NCBI RefSeq assembly: GCF_024521635.1
Contig: NW_026250405.1
Location: forward strand, 1,736,001 to 1,800,000
Source of the DNA: Tricharina praecox
Lineage: Eukaryota
Reading direction: 5' to 3'
Length of the DNA stretch: 64,000 nucleotides
Numbering within the stretch: position 1 is the stretch's first letter; every line of letters starts with the position of its first letter. Shown here piece by piece: positions 11,801-23,620 of this stretch. The notes below the pieces were generated by a model. That model did not search any database, was not told the DNA's origin, and saw nothing but the letters and a program-made list of their open reading frames with translations. The position numbers and the translations under genes were made by a program.

Positions 11801-13247
11801 TTCAAACGAACCTTATTGGTCTAGAATTAAGGCTTGGCAGCAAGAAGGCGAACAGATTCTTTCGTCGGTCTGCATATTTGGGTTATCACGAAAATTCCAC
11901 AACATACTCAAGTCCAGGCCTCCAGGGAAGGCTCGCATAGACAGTTTGCTTCTGCCGGCGTGTAAATTTGGAGACGACGATATTGCCCGGCTGCTGCTCG
12001 TCGACGGGGGAGCCGCCGCCTCGGTCACCAACAATGACGGTTGGACGCCGCTACACTGTGCCTCGAGTAACGGGCACGAGGCGGTGGCCCGGCTGCTGCT
12101 CGTCGACGGGGGAGCCGCCGCCTCGGTCACCAACAATGACGGTTGGACGCCGCTACACTGTGCCTCAAGAAACGGGCACGAGGCGGTGGCCCGGCTGCTG
12201 CTCGTCGACAGGGGAGCCGACACCTCGGCCACCGACGATCACGGTTGGACGCCGCTACACTACGCCTCGTATTACGGGCACGAGGCGGTGGCCCGGCTGC
12301 TGCTCGTCGACAGGGGAGCCGACACCTCGGCCACCGACGATCACGGTTGCACGCCGCTACACTACGCCTCAAGAAACGGGCACGAGGCGGTGGCCCGGCT
12401 GCTGCTCGTCGACGGGGGAGCCGCCGCCTCGGTCACCGACAATGACGGTTGGACGCCGCTACACTACGCCTCGTATTACGGGCACGAAGCGGTGGCCCGG
12501 CTGCTGCTCGTCGACGGGGGAGCCGACGCCTCGGTCACCAGCAATGACGGTCGCACGCTGCTACACTACGCCTCGTATTACGGGCACGAGGCGGTGGCCC
12601 GGCTGCTGCTCGTCGACAGGGGAGCCGACACCTCGGCCACCGACGATCACGGTTGGACGCCGCTACACTACGCCTCGTATTACGGGCACGAGGCGGTGGC
12701 CCGGCTGCTGCTCGTCGACGGGGGAGCCGTCGCCTCGGTCACCAGCAATGACGGTCGCACGCCGCTACACTACGCCTCGAGTAACGGGCACGGGGCGGTG
12801 GCCCGGCTGCTGCTCGTCGACAGGGGAGCCGACGCCTCGGTCACCAGCAATGACGGTTGCACGCCGCTACACTACGCCTCGTATTACGGGCACGAGGCGG
12901 TGGCCCGGCTGCTGCTCGTCGACGGGGGAGCCGACGCCTCGGTCACCAACAATGACGGTTGCACGCCGCTACACTACGCCTCAAGAAACGGGCACGAGGC
13001 GGTGGCCCGGCTGCTGCTCGTCGACAGGGGAGCCGCCGCCTCGGTCACCGACAATGACGGTTGGACGCCGCTACACTGTGCCTCAAGAAACGGGCACGAG
13101 GCGGTGGCCCGGCTGCTGCTCGTCGATGGGGGAGCCGACGCCTCGGTCACCGACAATGACGGTTGCACGCCGCTACACTACGCCTCGTATTACGGGCACG
13201 GGGCGGTGGCTAAGCTGCTCCACAACCAACAGGCCACAATGAACTAG
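8826..13247 (+). CDS. Fungal NLR-like STAND protein: NACHT_N-like N-terminal domain, NACHT NTPase, winged-helix region and 12 ankyrin repeats
   Basis: Seven exons, with introns at about 9585-9645, 9848-9907, 10019-10075, 10181-10234, 10409-10463 and 11080-11140. The N-terminal domain contains DPGHAALPWAGF. Walker A (LLLLRGIPGAGKT) forms across the 10409-10463 intron, and Walker B reads TICIDALDE. RFAHLSVDEYL follows, then TPLH..A...GHEAVARLLL repeats. Confidence 0.92.
11985..13220 (+). repeat. Array of 12 near-identical 102-bp (34-aa) ankyrin repeats
   Basis: Twelve T(P/L)LH units counted. The DNA is almost identical between units except at a few positions. Confidence 0.95.
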
Positions 13248-16063
13248 CCAACCCTCTAACTGCCCCACCTCTCTCCCTGTCACTCATATTCATTCATGCA
13301 CACGAGGTTGCTTCTCGAATCTTCTACTGTCACGATATATTGGTTACATATTGACGTAAGCTGGGTGTAGTTGGAATTTTCTAGTCTTTCTTTCTATTTC
13401 TCTCTCACATCGGCAACTTTCATTCTTGTTGGAAAGTAATTGTATATCCTTTTGGGTGGAATTTGGACTCTGGAGTGACATGCGGTGGATCGGGAACGTG
13501 ATTCTACAGTCTTGACCGTGGTGGGAGAGGAGGGATTGGTTCATGTGATTGGTACATAGCATGAACGGTTGGATATAAAGCCGTAGCTACTGGTCGAAGG
13601 AGTATAATTCTAATAACTGAAGATTTGAAATCGTGCGACGATGGATATCTGTGAGCCCGCTAAATACGATCGGTAGTAGCATTGTCCGGCTCAAAGAATG
13701 AAAAAGGTCCGATCAGAAAGAATGCCGAGAGGAAAATGTACTCTTCTTTACCTCCGGCCCTGGCTCTGGCTCCGGGTACGGACTACTCGCTGCTAAGCTT
13801 CACACAGTTGCGTTGCGCAAAGTCTTAGTGGTGGTTTACATAGTAGATTCTCACTCACCTTCTAGCCATAGTTCTGATCATGATATCGATATCAGTTCCT
13901 CCGCAAAAGCAGCATCATCAGCAGCAGCGCGGTCAAGCTCGGGAGCATCATCCGCTGGCAGCACTGGGTACGGTAGTAGGTAGTACTTGCCAACCCTAGT
14001 ATGGGCTTCAGCGGCGGGAGCAGTTGAGCGCGAAGTTTTCTATCATCCGTCCCACCTCAGAATCGAGTCATGTCGCGCAAAGATGGCTGCTGTTGGCCAA
14101 TCCGTGCCCGGGTCATAGATGTGAATTATCGCCCCAGCGCCTCCCCACACCCCCGTCACCCACATCGGTTGTTGATTCCACGGTATGTATGTAGTAGTGG
14201 TAGAGATATGTCGGCCGGGCGTGGGTGAGTTCTGCGATGCCTACCTTGTACTTGCCCATACATACCCGGACACCTCGGGACCTAACAGGAACATTAATCG
14301 TACGAAACTACAAGGTTGCAATGCACGGAGTCTCGTCCTGGCTGCGATACAGCTCCGATGTTTCACTTTATCACCACGCGGCGTTCTCAAGAGAGAGTGA
14401 ACCATTCTTTCCGAATTGAGGGTTTGTGGTGTTTTGATGTAGAGTTTTGGTGGCTTGAAGTAACAGTATATGGTCCTTCGACTACATACCTACAATGTAT
14501 GTACGTAAGTAGGTTTTGGTAATAGAGTAGAGTCAATAGTACTATATACGGGCCGCCATTTTGTTGTCTGCCATCCCGACTCCCGAAAGGTGCTATAATA
14601 TGAGATAATACCCGATGAGATCGGCTTGTAGATTAGATAAACGCTGGGGAAGGCTACCGTAGGTCGGTAACATCTACGAAAAGAAGGATATCTACCGCTA
14701 ATAAATAGTAGAGGCGATCGGGTTAGGCTACTTTAGTCAGAGACTCAGAGGTGCCCATTACTAGTACGTACCTAGATGGAGCCCTGAGGAGTAGATAGAA
14801 TTATGACAACTTCATCATCCTCTTCATTCTCTGCGTGCCCATCTAGGTACGGGATACGACAGCCGTGCCGTGCTATTATAATCTACATATTTAGCAACAG
14901 TCAAACACCAGATTACTATACTGCCCTCGTGAGCTACTTTACAGTCCAGGCGCCCCAGTTCATCCTTCCGTTGTGGAGCAATTCTAGAGTGGCGTGGTAG
15001 AGAAACCGTTGCGTGCAGTACCACTTCTCCTCCTACAACTACAGTAGAGTGATACTCCTCCCCGCCCAAGAAAACCAGCAATAGTTATCCTCTCCAAAAC
15101 AACAATCCGCAAAACAACCATTCCAACAAGACAGAAAGTACTCACGCAAGAAACCGAACCCTCGCCAACCTGCCGCCAACAGGCCAAGTAGAGTACCTAC
15201 CTCCTATAATAGGCACGCCACCAACCCAACCAGCCCCGGCCCATATCAACCTCACTACCCGGTACTCTATTTCGTCGACTCCCCTAGGTAGGCATCATCA
15301 TCGCCGGTTCCTTACAGCATCCGAAACCGGTCTTTAGCAAGCGCAGTCGTATGGGTTTCGTTAAACCGTGATATCGGTATCACTCCGACGCGGCGCCGGC
15401 AGCCCACTCGTTTTCATTCATATTTCAGGCTTGCGTTTAATATAGTACTCTTGTCCGAGCCCAGCTGCCAGTGGCCACTCGCGCTCCCAGGCTCCCAGGC
15501 TCCAGTGCTACCTATAGGCTATTCATTCTTGCGTCGGTATGTGGTACCTTAATCCGATTCTTGGAATTTCGTCGTCGATAACCAGAGTAGAGTACTGCAT
15601 CAGTAGGTAAGTACTTACTTCAGTACCTACCAATTTCTCAAACCGCGCGTGGGTATAAAGTAGAGTACGCAAGTTATACACACACCCACGGTCAGATCGG
15701 CAACCTGCTCGTCCCGAAACCCCCAGGCTCTGCTCAAATCCCCGCGATGCCCAGAGCACACTGCGAATCGCGACCGCACCAAGGACTAACACGGTCGTCA
15801 GCTGCGACGCATAGGCAGGTATTTAACCCAGAACAATAGTCGCCAAGTCCGATCCGCCCACGTGAACACGATGCTGTTTTTGTGCTTGCATTTCTCAGCA
15901 CGGATCATTATTCATCTATTGGAAGTAGTAGCTACTAATCTACCTACTCTATATCTATGTAGTTGGACATATCCGTTAAAATACACACTTCATACTTCAT
16001 ACGCCGTAAAGCCAGTATAAACAAACACCCCGTAATAAAATTTACCACCGCTCCTGTTCTTGC

Positions 16064-18895
16064 TCACCGCTGCTGCTCCTCCTCCTGCTGCTCCTGCTCC
16101 TCCTCCACCGCCTTCTCCTCCGCCTCATCCCTCCTCCACCTACCAAACACCTCCCTAAACCCTCCCTTCCCCTGCACCTTCACCTTCCCCTCCACTTGCA
16201 CCTTCCCCACACCAGCACCGCCCGCATCACCAACACCGCCAACGCCGCCAACACCCCCCAGCTCCACCAGCGGCCGCATACCCACCCTTCCATGGGCACA
16301 AATGAACGGCCACCTACAGTCCGCCAGTCTCGCAACCAGGGCTGTACACTCCTGCAGCGTCAGGGGGTCATTAAACATGACCGCGCCTCTGCACGCCCTG
16401 GAGTTGGCCATTTCCCGCAGCGGCGCGGGGATGCGCGCTAGGTTGCGGAACCAATCCCCGTCGCCGCCGTCTTCGTCGGTAGTGGTGGTGGTAGTGGTGG
16501 AGGGCGGAGGAGGTGGATGTTCCTCAAGGTGGTAGCAGTGTTTCCGCAGCAGCTCGATAGCCAGAAGCGGCTCAGCATTGCAGCGATCGCGAGCGACGCG
16601 CGGAAGCGTGTGGACGTGTACTCGGCTGTCACGGCCGGCGGCAACATCCACATCGTAGGCGATTCCCCAGCGGGAAAACTCCGCTTGGTAGCGGAGGAGC
16701 AGTGTGGCGTCGCGCGGGGTGATGGTGAAGATTAGCGGATTTTGCGTGCGCTGTGTGGGGTCTGGAGGAGCGGATGAGCCGGCGATCAGCTCCTGGAAAA
16801 GACGCTCGACGCGGATACGCTCGGAGGCGGCGTGTTGGTCGATTATTACTAGTAGTTGTGGCAAGGAGGTGCCCGAGGTGGAGGTACCGTCCATTTTGAT
16901 CAGGATGTATTTTTGGTCGACCTGCGAAATTACGGTTGCTGTGCGGAGGCCGGCTTTAGTCAGTTTTCCGAGGCGCTGGAAGGTGCTGCTGTTGAATGGT
17001 TCTGAGACGCCGTGATGACAGCTGTGGCCATGGACGGAGGGTTCGAGTGAGACGGAGGGGATGGGAGCTTCGGTGGGTGGGAAGGCCGGGTTGGTCCATT
17101 TGGCTTGGATCTTTTGGAGAAAGTCATTGACTGGTTGCGAACTGAATGGTTTGCGTCTTTTTTCCGCAAGCGAATTGGGTTGGGTTGGGAATGTCGCGGA
17201 AATTGGTCGCTTCGTGCCTGCAGCAGATGGAGTTGTGCGTAGGCTGGTATTGCCCGTTCGCGTATTGACTTCGTAGGTCTTTCCGGATCTCGGGTCGGTC
17301 CAGTCAATCAATTCTACGGGTGCAGGTGTCGGCGTGTCACTAGGAGTACCTCTGCATGACATACTTCTATTGCTGCTGAGCCCCTTGTTTATCATCACGG
17401 ATGGCTTCTTTTGATTTGTAGTATTTTTGCCCTCCGTCTCTTTGGCGTCGGGTCTGGCTGCTTTCACCCTGTTCCAGTTCGCCAGTTGCATCAGCCGTGG
17501 CGCTGCGGTGGATGTTGCTGGTTCACTTCGTCTGGAAGCAGGCGTGCTTAGTCTCGGATGTGCTTCGTCACTCGGCTCTGGTGCTTCCGAAGAAGATCGA
17601 GATCCCCTTCGAGAGTCCTCCTCTACCCTCCTGAGGGTGGGTTTGTAATGGTGCGCCTTGAGGAACTCGCAAACCAACCGCTGTAGCAGCTGGATCACCG
17701 ACCGCAGATTCTAATCCTGTCAGCCCAACTCCCGGTCAAGGTGTTGATAAGCTCCTACCTCGCCCTCGACACCAGCCTTGCCATCGGTGCCCCCTTCTCC
17801 CCCCATAGCGGCTGTACCATCCCTGTATTCGATCCGTAGCACATACATCCCATGTCGATCCACGCTCTTCCGCGTACCTCCTCTCCTCAGCGTACCCTTC
17901 GCGTCAACATCCTCGACGATCCCGAACCCCGAGCCAGCAAAGATCCGATTGACCTCTCTGTGCAGTTCCGTCTCGGTGAACACCAACGGGAACCCATTGA
18001 GCGCAAGAAACTGCACCGCCTTCGAGCCGTAGCCCGTCCTACAAATCCACCCCTCAATCCTGACCCCATTCTGTCTCGCCTTGACATTTTCCCACAAGCC
18101 AGCCGCGCCAAAGACCTCGCCACCAAACACCTGCCGCAGTACCACCAGATCCCACGGCCCAGCACACGCTTTCCTCCCGCCCTTAACCGTCAGCCTCCTC
18201 GCACCACTCTCATCCCTCACCACGACGCCCACGCCCCTCGCCCTCCCGCTCACCAACAGCGCACAAACAACCTTGATCACCTCGTCCCACTCTCTTTCCA
18301 CATCCCTGCCCTCCCTCGCCTTGAGGCGCACCGGCATATCGCCCCACAGCCCCTCGACCCTAACCGTGGTCCCGCTCGCCTCCAGGGCGGCATACTCCGC
18401 GGGCACGCCTTCAAACACCTTCTTCCCATAGCACCACCTCACCTGCCTGCTGGACCTCCAGCCCTGCGCGCGCGACGTGACCGAGAGGTTCGAGTGCATC
18501 GCCAGTGCCGCGAGGGCTTCGCCACGAGATCCAAAGAACCGCGCGTGCGCCGGGAATTTCGAAGTGGCGTAGAGCGTGCCCAGCAGCGGAATGTGCTCCG
18601 GGGGTATGCCGTGCCCGTTGTCGCTCACGGCGAATGAGGGGCGCGTGGGGTTGAGCGTGAGGGAGAGCTCGGTGGCGGAGGCGTCGAGCGCGTTTTGGAA
18701 CACCTCTGAGATCGCCAAGGAGAGCGTGGGGAGAGTTAGACTGCTGCGGAGACGAGATATCGCGGAGGCGGGGAGAGGGACGATCGCGCGTGGAGGGCTG
18801 GGGGTCGACATTGCATTGCGTGAGTGGGCGGGAGAGGTGGATGGTAACTCATACATGGCAGGAGCTGGTGCACTCGAGCTCAGGGAGTGCGTCAT
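16064..18895 (-). CDS. MLH3: MutL homologue MLH3 (mismatch repair / meiotic crossover endonuclease)
   Basis: GHKL ATPase motifs (EVFQNALDA, DNGHGI, TSK..FFGSRGEALA). Intron 17711-17758. The C-terminal endonuclease motifs are DQHAASERIRVE, SRACRGAVMF and WPFICAHGR. The start could instead be the downstream MSTPSPP. Confidence 0.88.
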
Positions 18896-19122
18896 GGAGC
18901 AAGCTAGGATACCCTGGCACGTGCATGACTTCGCGGTTCATCACTCGGTCGATAGTGATGCAGCCCCAAAACGCCGGAGCGGGGTTTACGGTGGTAGCTT
19001 GGAAGAGTGAGTCGCAAGGCGTTCTGGTGATTTTATTATCGCCCATTGACACAAGACCATCATAGTGACTACACGAAATTGGAGTATGAGTGTACATACA
19101 GCTTGACTTCTTGCCGCCATTT

Positions 19123-19974
19123 CTACTGCTTAATATCAATGTTCTTGAACCCCCTTGCCGTCTGCTCCACCGCAATCTCAACCGGCAACCTCTCCAAGCT
19201 GCTCGCACCAAAGAACCCCTTCACACCCGTCGTCCTATTCAGCACGAACTCGGCGTCTTTAATATCCGCCACCGGCCCTCCATGAACCAACACGATAGCC
19301 TCATCCTGTGCCTCCCTGACAACCGCCCTCACAGCATCCGCCATCTCCTGCACCACAGCCACGCACTCCTCGAGCCTCAGCGCCGAAGTCGCACCGATCT
19401 TCCCCTTCGTCGTGAGTCCCAGATGAATGACGACGATGTCCGCCCCCGCCTCCGCCATCATGACCGCCTCCTCAGGCGTAAACACATACGGGGCAGTCAA
19501 CAATCCCAGGCGGTGGGCCTCAGCGATCATCTCTACCTCGCCCGCGAAGCCCATTCCCGTCTCCTCGAGATTCAGCCTGAAGCGGCCATCATACAGCCCC
19601 ACAGTGGGAAAATTCTGCACTCCACAGAACCCCATCTCCCTGAGCTGGCGCAGGAAGCTCGGAATGTCCCTGAACGGGTCCGTGCCGCAGACGCCGGCGA
19701 GAACGGGCGTGTGCGCCACGATCGGGAGGACTTCGGACGCCATGCTGAGCAGGATTGCGTTCGCGTCGCCGTACGGGAGCAGTCCGGCGAGCGACCCGCA
19801 ACCTGCCATCCGGAACCGCCCAGAGTTGTAGATTATTATCAGGTCGGTCCCCGCCGCTTCGAGGCATTTCGCGGTCAGCCCGATGCCGGCGCCGGCCCCG
19901 AGAATGGCTTTGCCGCTCGAGATGGTCGTCTGAAGCCGCGCGAGGGCTTCGGTGCGGTTGTGTGGGCGGGGCAT
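19123..19974 (-). CDS. TIM-barrel 'PEP hydrolase-like' protein, equivalent to the C-terminal domain of Tm-1
   Basis: Intronless. Contains [50 protein letters not shown] and [17 protein letters not shown] at 19974. Confidence 0.88.
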   Translation of the reverse strand: MPRPHNRTEALARLQTTISSGKAILGAGAGIGLTAKCLEAAGTDLIIIYNSGRFRMAGCGSLAGLLPYGDANAILLSMASEVLPIVAHTPVLAGVCGTDPFRDIPSFLRQLREMGFCGVQNFPTVGLYDGRFRLNLEETGMGFAGEVEMIAEAHRLGLLTAPYVFTPEEAVMMAEAGADIVVIHLGLTTKGKIGATSALRLEECVAVVQEMADAVRAVVREAQDEAIVLVHGGPVADIKDAEFVLNRTTGVKGFFGASSLERLPVEIAVEQTARGFKNIDIKQ

Positions 19975-20889
19975 TGCGGGGATCGAGTGGTGTGGAGTGG
20001 GATTTGGGTGTGTTGTGGTTAAGGAATCCACTGGTGGTCGGTCGAGCCGATTATGTGGAGTGCCCTAACTACACCTGATCTCGCCTGCCGGCTGATGCGC
20101 GCGGAGAAGGCCGCAGCTATCTAAACGAACTACATACCGATATCGGTATGCACACCAATAGCGGGGAATGGGTCACTACACGATCTGGAGTGAAAGCAAC
20201 ATACGATGGGCAGAAAGAAAGCCGAACCTAATAGAGGGAGCCGAGGCGGATGAGGACGGGGGAGACGAGAATAACAGGGAGCAGATGGAGAGATGCATCC
20301 ATACGGGGCTCGATGACATAGCGGATACATAGGGAGCGGCCCGGCGGAGCTGCGGAGCGGCGGAGTGACACCGGATTGAGACTGCACGCCACGATGTATC
20401 TGCTCTGGTATATGCTTCCGAGTCTATTCGACAAGCTCCGAGGTTGAGTGATGGCCAAAACACCAAGACGCCACGTGACAGCCGCTCACTGGGCCAGTTG
20501 CGGCCCCGCCATATCGCCGACGACGTGTCGTGAGTTACATTTTGCTTTCCTTCTATAACCTATCATTACCTTCCTTGGCACGCGGAATGCGTGGCATAGG
20601 CTCGCATCCGGCCGCTCCTGCGGGCCGACAGCGAGGCCGGTCTAGTTAAAACGCCGGCATGTACTGAGACAGCTTACAGCTCACAGCTCAGCTACAACAC
20701 CACCACCACATTATGCATCGCCTCATTGATATCGAACCTTAATGCCCATTCAGCTTGCCGCTTCCCACAACCCCAAGAACAAGCAAATAGCGACATCGCC
20801 CTCCCCCGTCCCTCATCCCCCAGCTTCCATTCCCATCCCATCTCCTCAACCTTCCGTCCATCTCTCCCCACCCCATCGATCTCACCACG

Positions 20890-22176
20890 ATGGTCCTCGC
20901 CGCCCTCCGTGACCTCCTCAGCGATGAGGAGTTCTCCTACCCCATAGAGCCCTCCATCATAATCTTTGGCACATGCGACACCAAGCTCCTGCCGCTGCTA
21001 GAGCTGCGCAGCCTCCTCTCGCCACACCACCGCGTGCTCCTCGCCGACGTCGGCCGCACGCCGACCCTGCACACGCTCATCGACATCCCACAATCGAGCA
21101 TCATCCCGTCTGGCGTGGAACTCTCGCACCTCCCGCGCAACGAGCTCGTAACCCTCATTTCCACCCACCTCACGACGCGGCTCTCACAACTCTACACCGC
21201 GGGGACAATCTCGGCGGCAATCTCCCTCGGCGGCAGTTCGGGCACGGCGCTCGCCGCCACCGCCATGCGCGCCGCCCTGCCCATCGGCTTTCCAAAGCTA
21301 ATCGTGACGACCATGGCGTCAGGCGACGTCTCGCCCTACGTCGGCGACAGCGACATCACGCTCATGCCGTCCATCGTCGACATCGCGGGGGAGAACCACA
21401 TCCTCTCGCAGATCCTGCGCAACGCCGCCGGCTGCATCGGCGGTATGGCCGCCGCCGCCATCTCCGCCGCCAACCCCAACCCCAACCCCCGCGCAACGAA
21501 GCGTGTCGTCGCAATCAGCATGTTCGGCATTACTACACCCGCAGTCGTCGCCGCACAGCGTGCCCTCGAGGAGAACGGCTTCGAGGTTCTAGTCCTGCAC
21601 GCGACCGGTTCGGGCGGACGAGTGCTGGAGCGACTAGTGCGCGAAGGGCGGGTGGACGGGGTGCTCGACATCACGACGACAGAGATCGCGGACCTGTTGT
21701 GCGGCGGGGTGCTCTCTGCCGGCCCTCAGCGGCTCATGGCCGCCGCGACCAGGGGCGTCCCGCAGATTGTGAGTGTCGGCGCCACGGATTGCGTCAACTT
21801 CGGCCCGAAACAAACGCTGCCCGAAGAATGGAAGGGCAGGACGATATTGGAACATAATCCGACCGTCACACTGGTTAGGACTAGTACAGACGAGTGTAGG
21901 CGTATTGGAAGGCATATCGGCGAGACCCTGAGGAAGGCGGATGCCGAGAAGGGGAGGACCGAGGTGTGGTGTCCTGGCCGCGGGGTGAGTACCATCTCGG
22001 AGGAGGGGGGTCCGTTCCAGGATTTTGAGGCGGATCGGGCCCTCGCCGAGGAGCTGCAGAAGAGCTTGGGTGATGTCGCGTTTAGACATTTTCCGGAGGT
22101 TGCGCTGAATGATGAGAAGTGGGGAAGGGAGATGGCGGTGAGGTTGATGGAGATGATGGGGGCTGCGAGTATATAG
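20890..22176 (+). CDS. UPF0261 / Tm-1-like ATP-binding domain protein, equivalent to the N-terminal domain of Tm-1
   Basis: Intronless. Contains GTCDTK, SLGGSSGT, LPIGFPKLIVTTMASG, SMFGITTP, HATGSGG, LDITTTEIAD, DCVNFG and HNPTVTLVRT. Confidence 0.88.
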   Translation: MVLAALRDLLSDEEFSYPIEPSIIIFGTCDTKLLPLLELRSLLSPHHRVLLADVGRTPTLHTLIDIPQSSIIPSGVELSHLPRNELVTLISTHLTTRLSQLYTAGTISAAISLGGSSGTALAATAMRAALPIGFPKLIVTTMASGDVSPYVGDSDITLMPSIVDIAGENHILSQILRNAAGCIGGMAAAAISAANPNPNPRATKRVVAISMFGITTPAVVAAQRALEENGFEVLVLHATGSGGRVLERLVREGRVDGVLDITTTEIADLLCGGVLSAGPQRLMAAATRGVPQIVSVGATDCVNFGPKQTLPEEWKGRTILEHNPTVTLVRTSTDECRRIGRHIGETLRKADAEKGRTEVWCPGRGVSTISEEGGPFQDFEADRALAEELQKSLGDVAFRHFPEVALNDEKWGREMAVRLMEMMGAASI

Positions 22177-22248
22177 ACTTTGCGAAAAGCATGGGCCCGG
22201 GCTGTCACAGTAGGAAAAGCTTCGGGCCGAAGGGAGCAAAAGATTGAT

Positions 22249-22328
22249 TGATTCAGCCGGGATTTGAACCCGGGTCGGGCGCAGAATGCTGGTGGCAAGC
22301 GCCCATGATACCCCTACACTACTGAATC
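22249..22328 (-). tRNA. tRNA with GCC anticodon (nominally Gly) and a 9-nt intron
   Basis: The minus strand reads GATTCAG TA GTGTAGGGGTATCAT G GGCGC TT GCC A [CCAGCATTC] T GCGCC CGAC CCGGG TTCAAAT CCCGG CTGAATC A. Acceptor, anticodon and T stems are fully paired, the B-box GTTCAAAT is present, and a TTTT run lies downstream. Confidence 0.85.
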
Positions 22329-22528
22329 GGTGATTTATATTACTCCTATGCCAAATGGCGATTACATAGTGTCTCAATGAGTGAACTGGTATCGATCGGC
22401 GAGACTATGACGTTGAACTTTTCCTCCCCACTTCTCCGCTGTTCCGGCTACCTACATCACCATTCCTCCCCACCACCTCCGCCAACCACCACCCACTCTC
22501 CACATCCACCACATCCACCGTATCCACC

Positions 22529-23544
22529 ATGTCGTCCAACTACTCCGTCTCCAGCACGACCACCGTGTGTCCGCCCTCCTCCCCTCCCTCGCAATCCCGC
22601 TAACGTCCCAGCTCTCCAACGGCCTCCCCATTCCCTTAATCCACCTCGGCGTCTACGAGTCCGAGGGGCCCGCATGCGTATCCGCGGTAGTCTCCGCTTT
22701 GACCCTGGGCTACCGCGGCATCGACTCGGCGGAATGGTACGAGAACGAGTCTCTATGTGGGGACGGTATCCGGTCGTTCCTATCCTCGCACCCGCAGCAC
22801 TCGCGCGAGGAGATATTCTACACCACGAAGCTGCGCGATAACGGCGGGTATGAGCATACCAAACAGGCGATACGCAAGAGTCTAAGCGAGTGTGGGCTGG
22901 GTTATATTGATATGTACCTACTACATGCGCCGTATGGGGGGAAACAAGTGAGGAGGGAGTGTTGGCGTGCGGTTGAGGAGGCGGTCAAAGAGGGGTTGGT
23001 CAGGACCGCGGGGGTGTCGAATTTTGGGGTCGGGCATGTAGGTTTTCCAGTGATGGGGGTTGGGGGCGGGCTAGGGAGGGGCAAGGCTGATGAACGGTAG
23101 TTGCGCGAACTCATAGCGGCGCCAGACCTTGCACTCCGGCCGGCGGTCAACCAGATCGAGCTGCACCCGTTCAACACGCAGCGGGAGATCGTCGAGTTCT
23201 GCCGGGCGGAGGGGATCGTGATCGAGGCGTACTCGCCGCTCGTGCGCGGGCTCAGGTTTGAGCATCCGGTGATCGTCGAGTTGAGCAAGAAGTATGGCTG
23301 CTCGCCCGCGCAGCTGCTGGTGCGCTGGGGCCTGCAGAATGGATTCGTCGTCCTGCCAAAGAGTACTAAGCAGGAGCGCATCAAGGAGAATGCCGAGGTG
23401 GCCGGGTTTGAGATCTCGCAAGAGGACATGGATAGGCTTGCGAACTGCCATGAGAAGTTGGTTACTGGTTAGTGCTTTCCCCCGGATCATCCCCCGTGAA
23501 TAGCGCTGATAGGGACAGATTGGGATCCGACGGATTGCGAGTAG
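22529..23544 (+). CDS. Aldo-keto reductase
   Basis: Four exons, with introns at about 22565-22611, 23038-23100 and 23468-23518. Motifs: GYRGIDSAEWYENE, IFYTTKL, DMYLLHAP, GVSNF, VNQIELHPF and VLPKS. Confidence 0.9.
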
Positions 23545-23620
23545 TGGATGGGATGGATGAGGTGGATTAGGCGAGTGACGGTTGTTTGTACATACTCTTC
23601 CTCTTCACAAGTAGCTCTAT

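Noticed and set aside
11985..13220. Possible CRISPR-like repeat-spacer array
   Set aside because: The units are contiguous coding repeats without unique spacers, and the DNA is eukaryotic.
11968..13242. 424-aa alternative-frame ORF over the ankyrin array
   Set aside because: It is a shadow frame. One stop-free GC-rich repeat unit copied 12 times keeps it open.
13560..14100. Intron-like signals and short acidic frames on the minus strand downstream of the NLR
   Set aside because: I could not build a coherent gene model or recognise a domain.
19090..20022. 310-aa ORF antisense to the TIM-barrel gene, and similar antisense ORFs over UPF0261, ARO2, GUT2 and GAS4
   Set aside because: These are expected by-products of GC-rich codon bias on the real coding strand.
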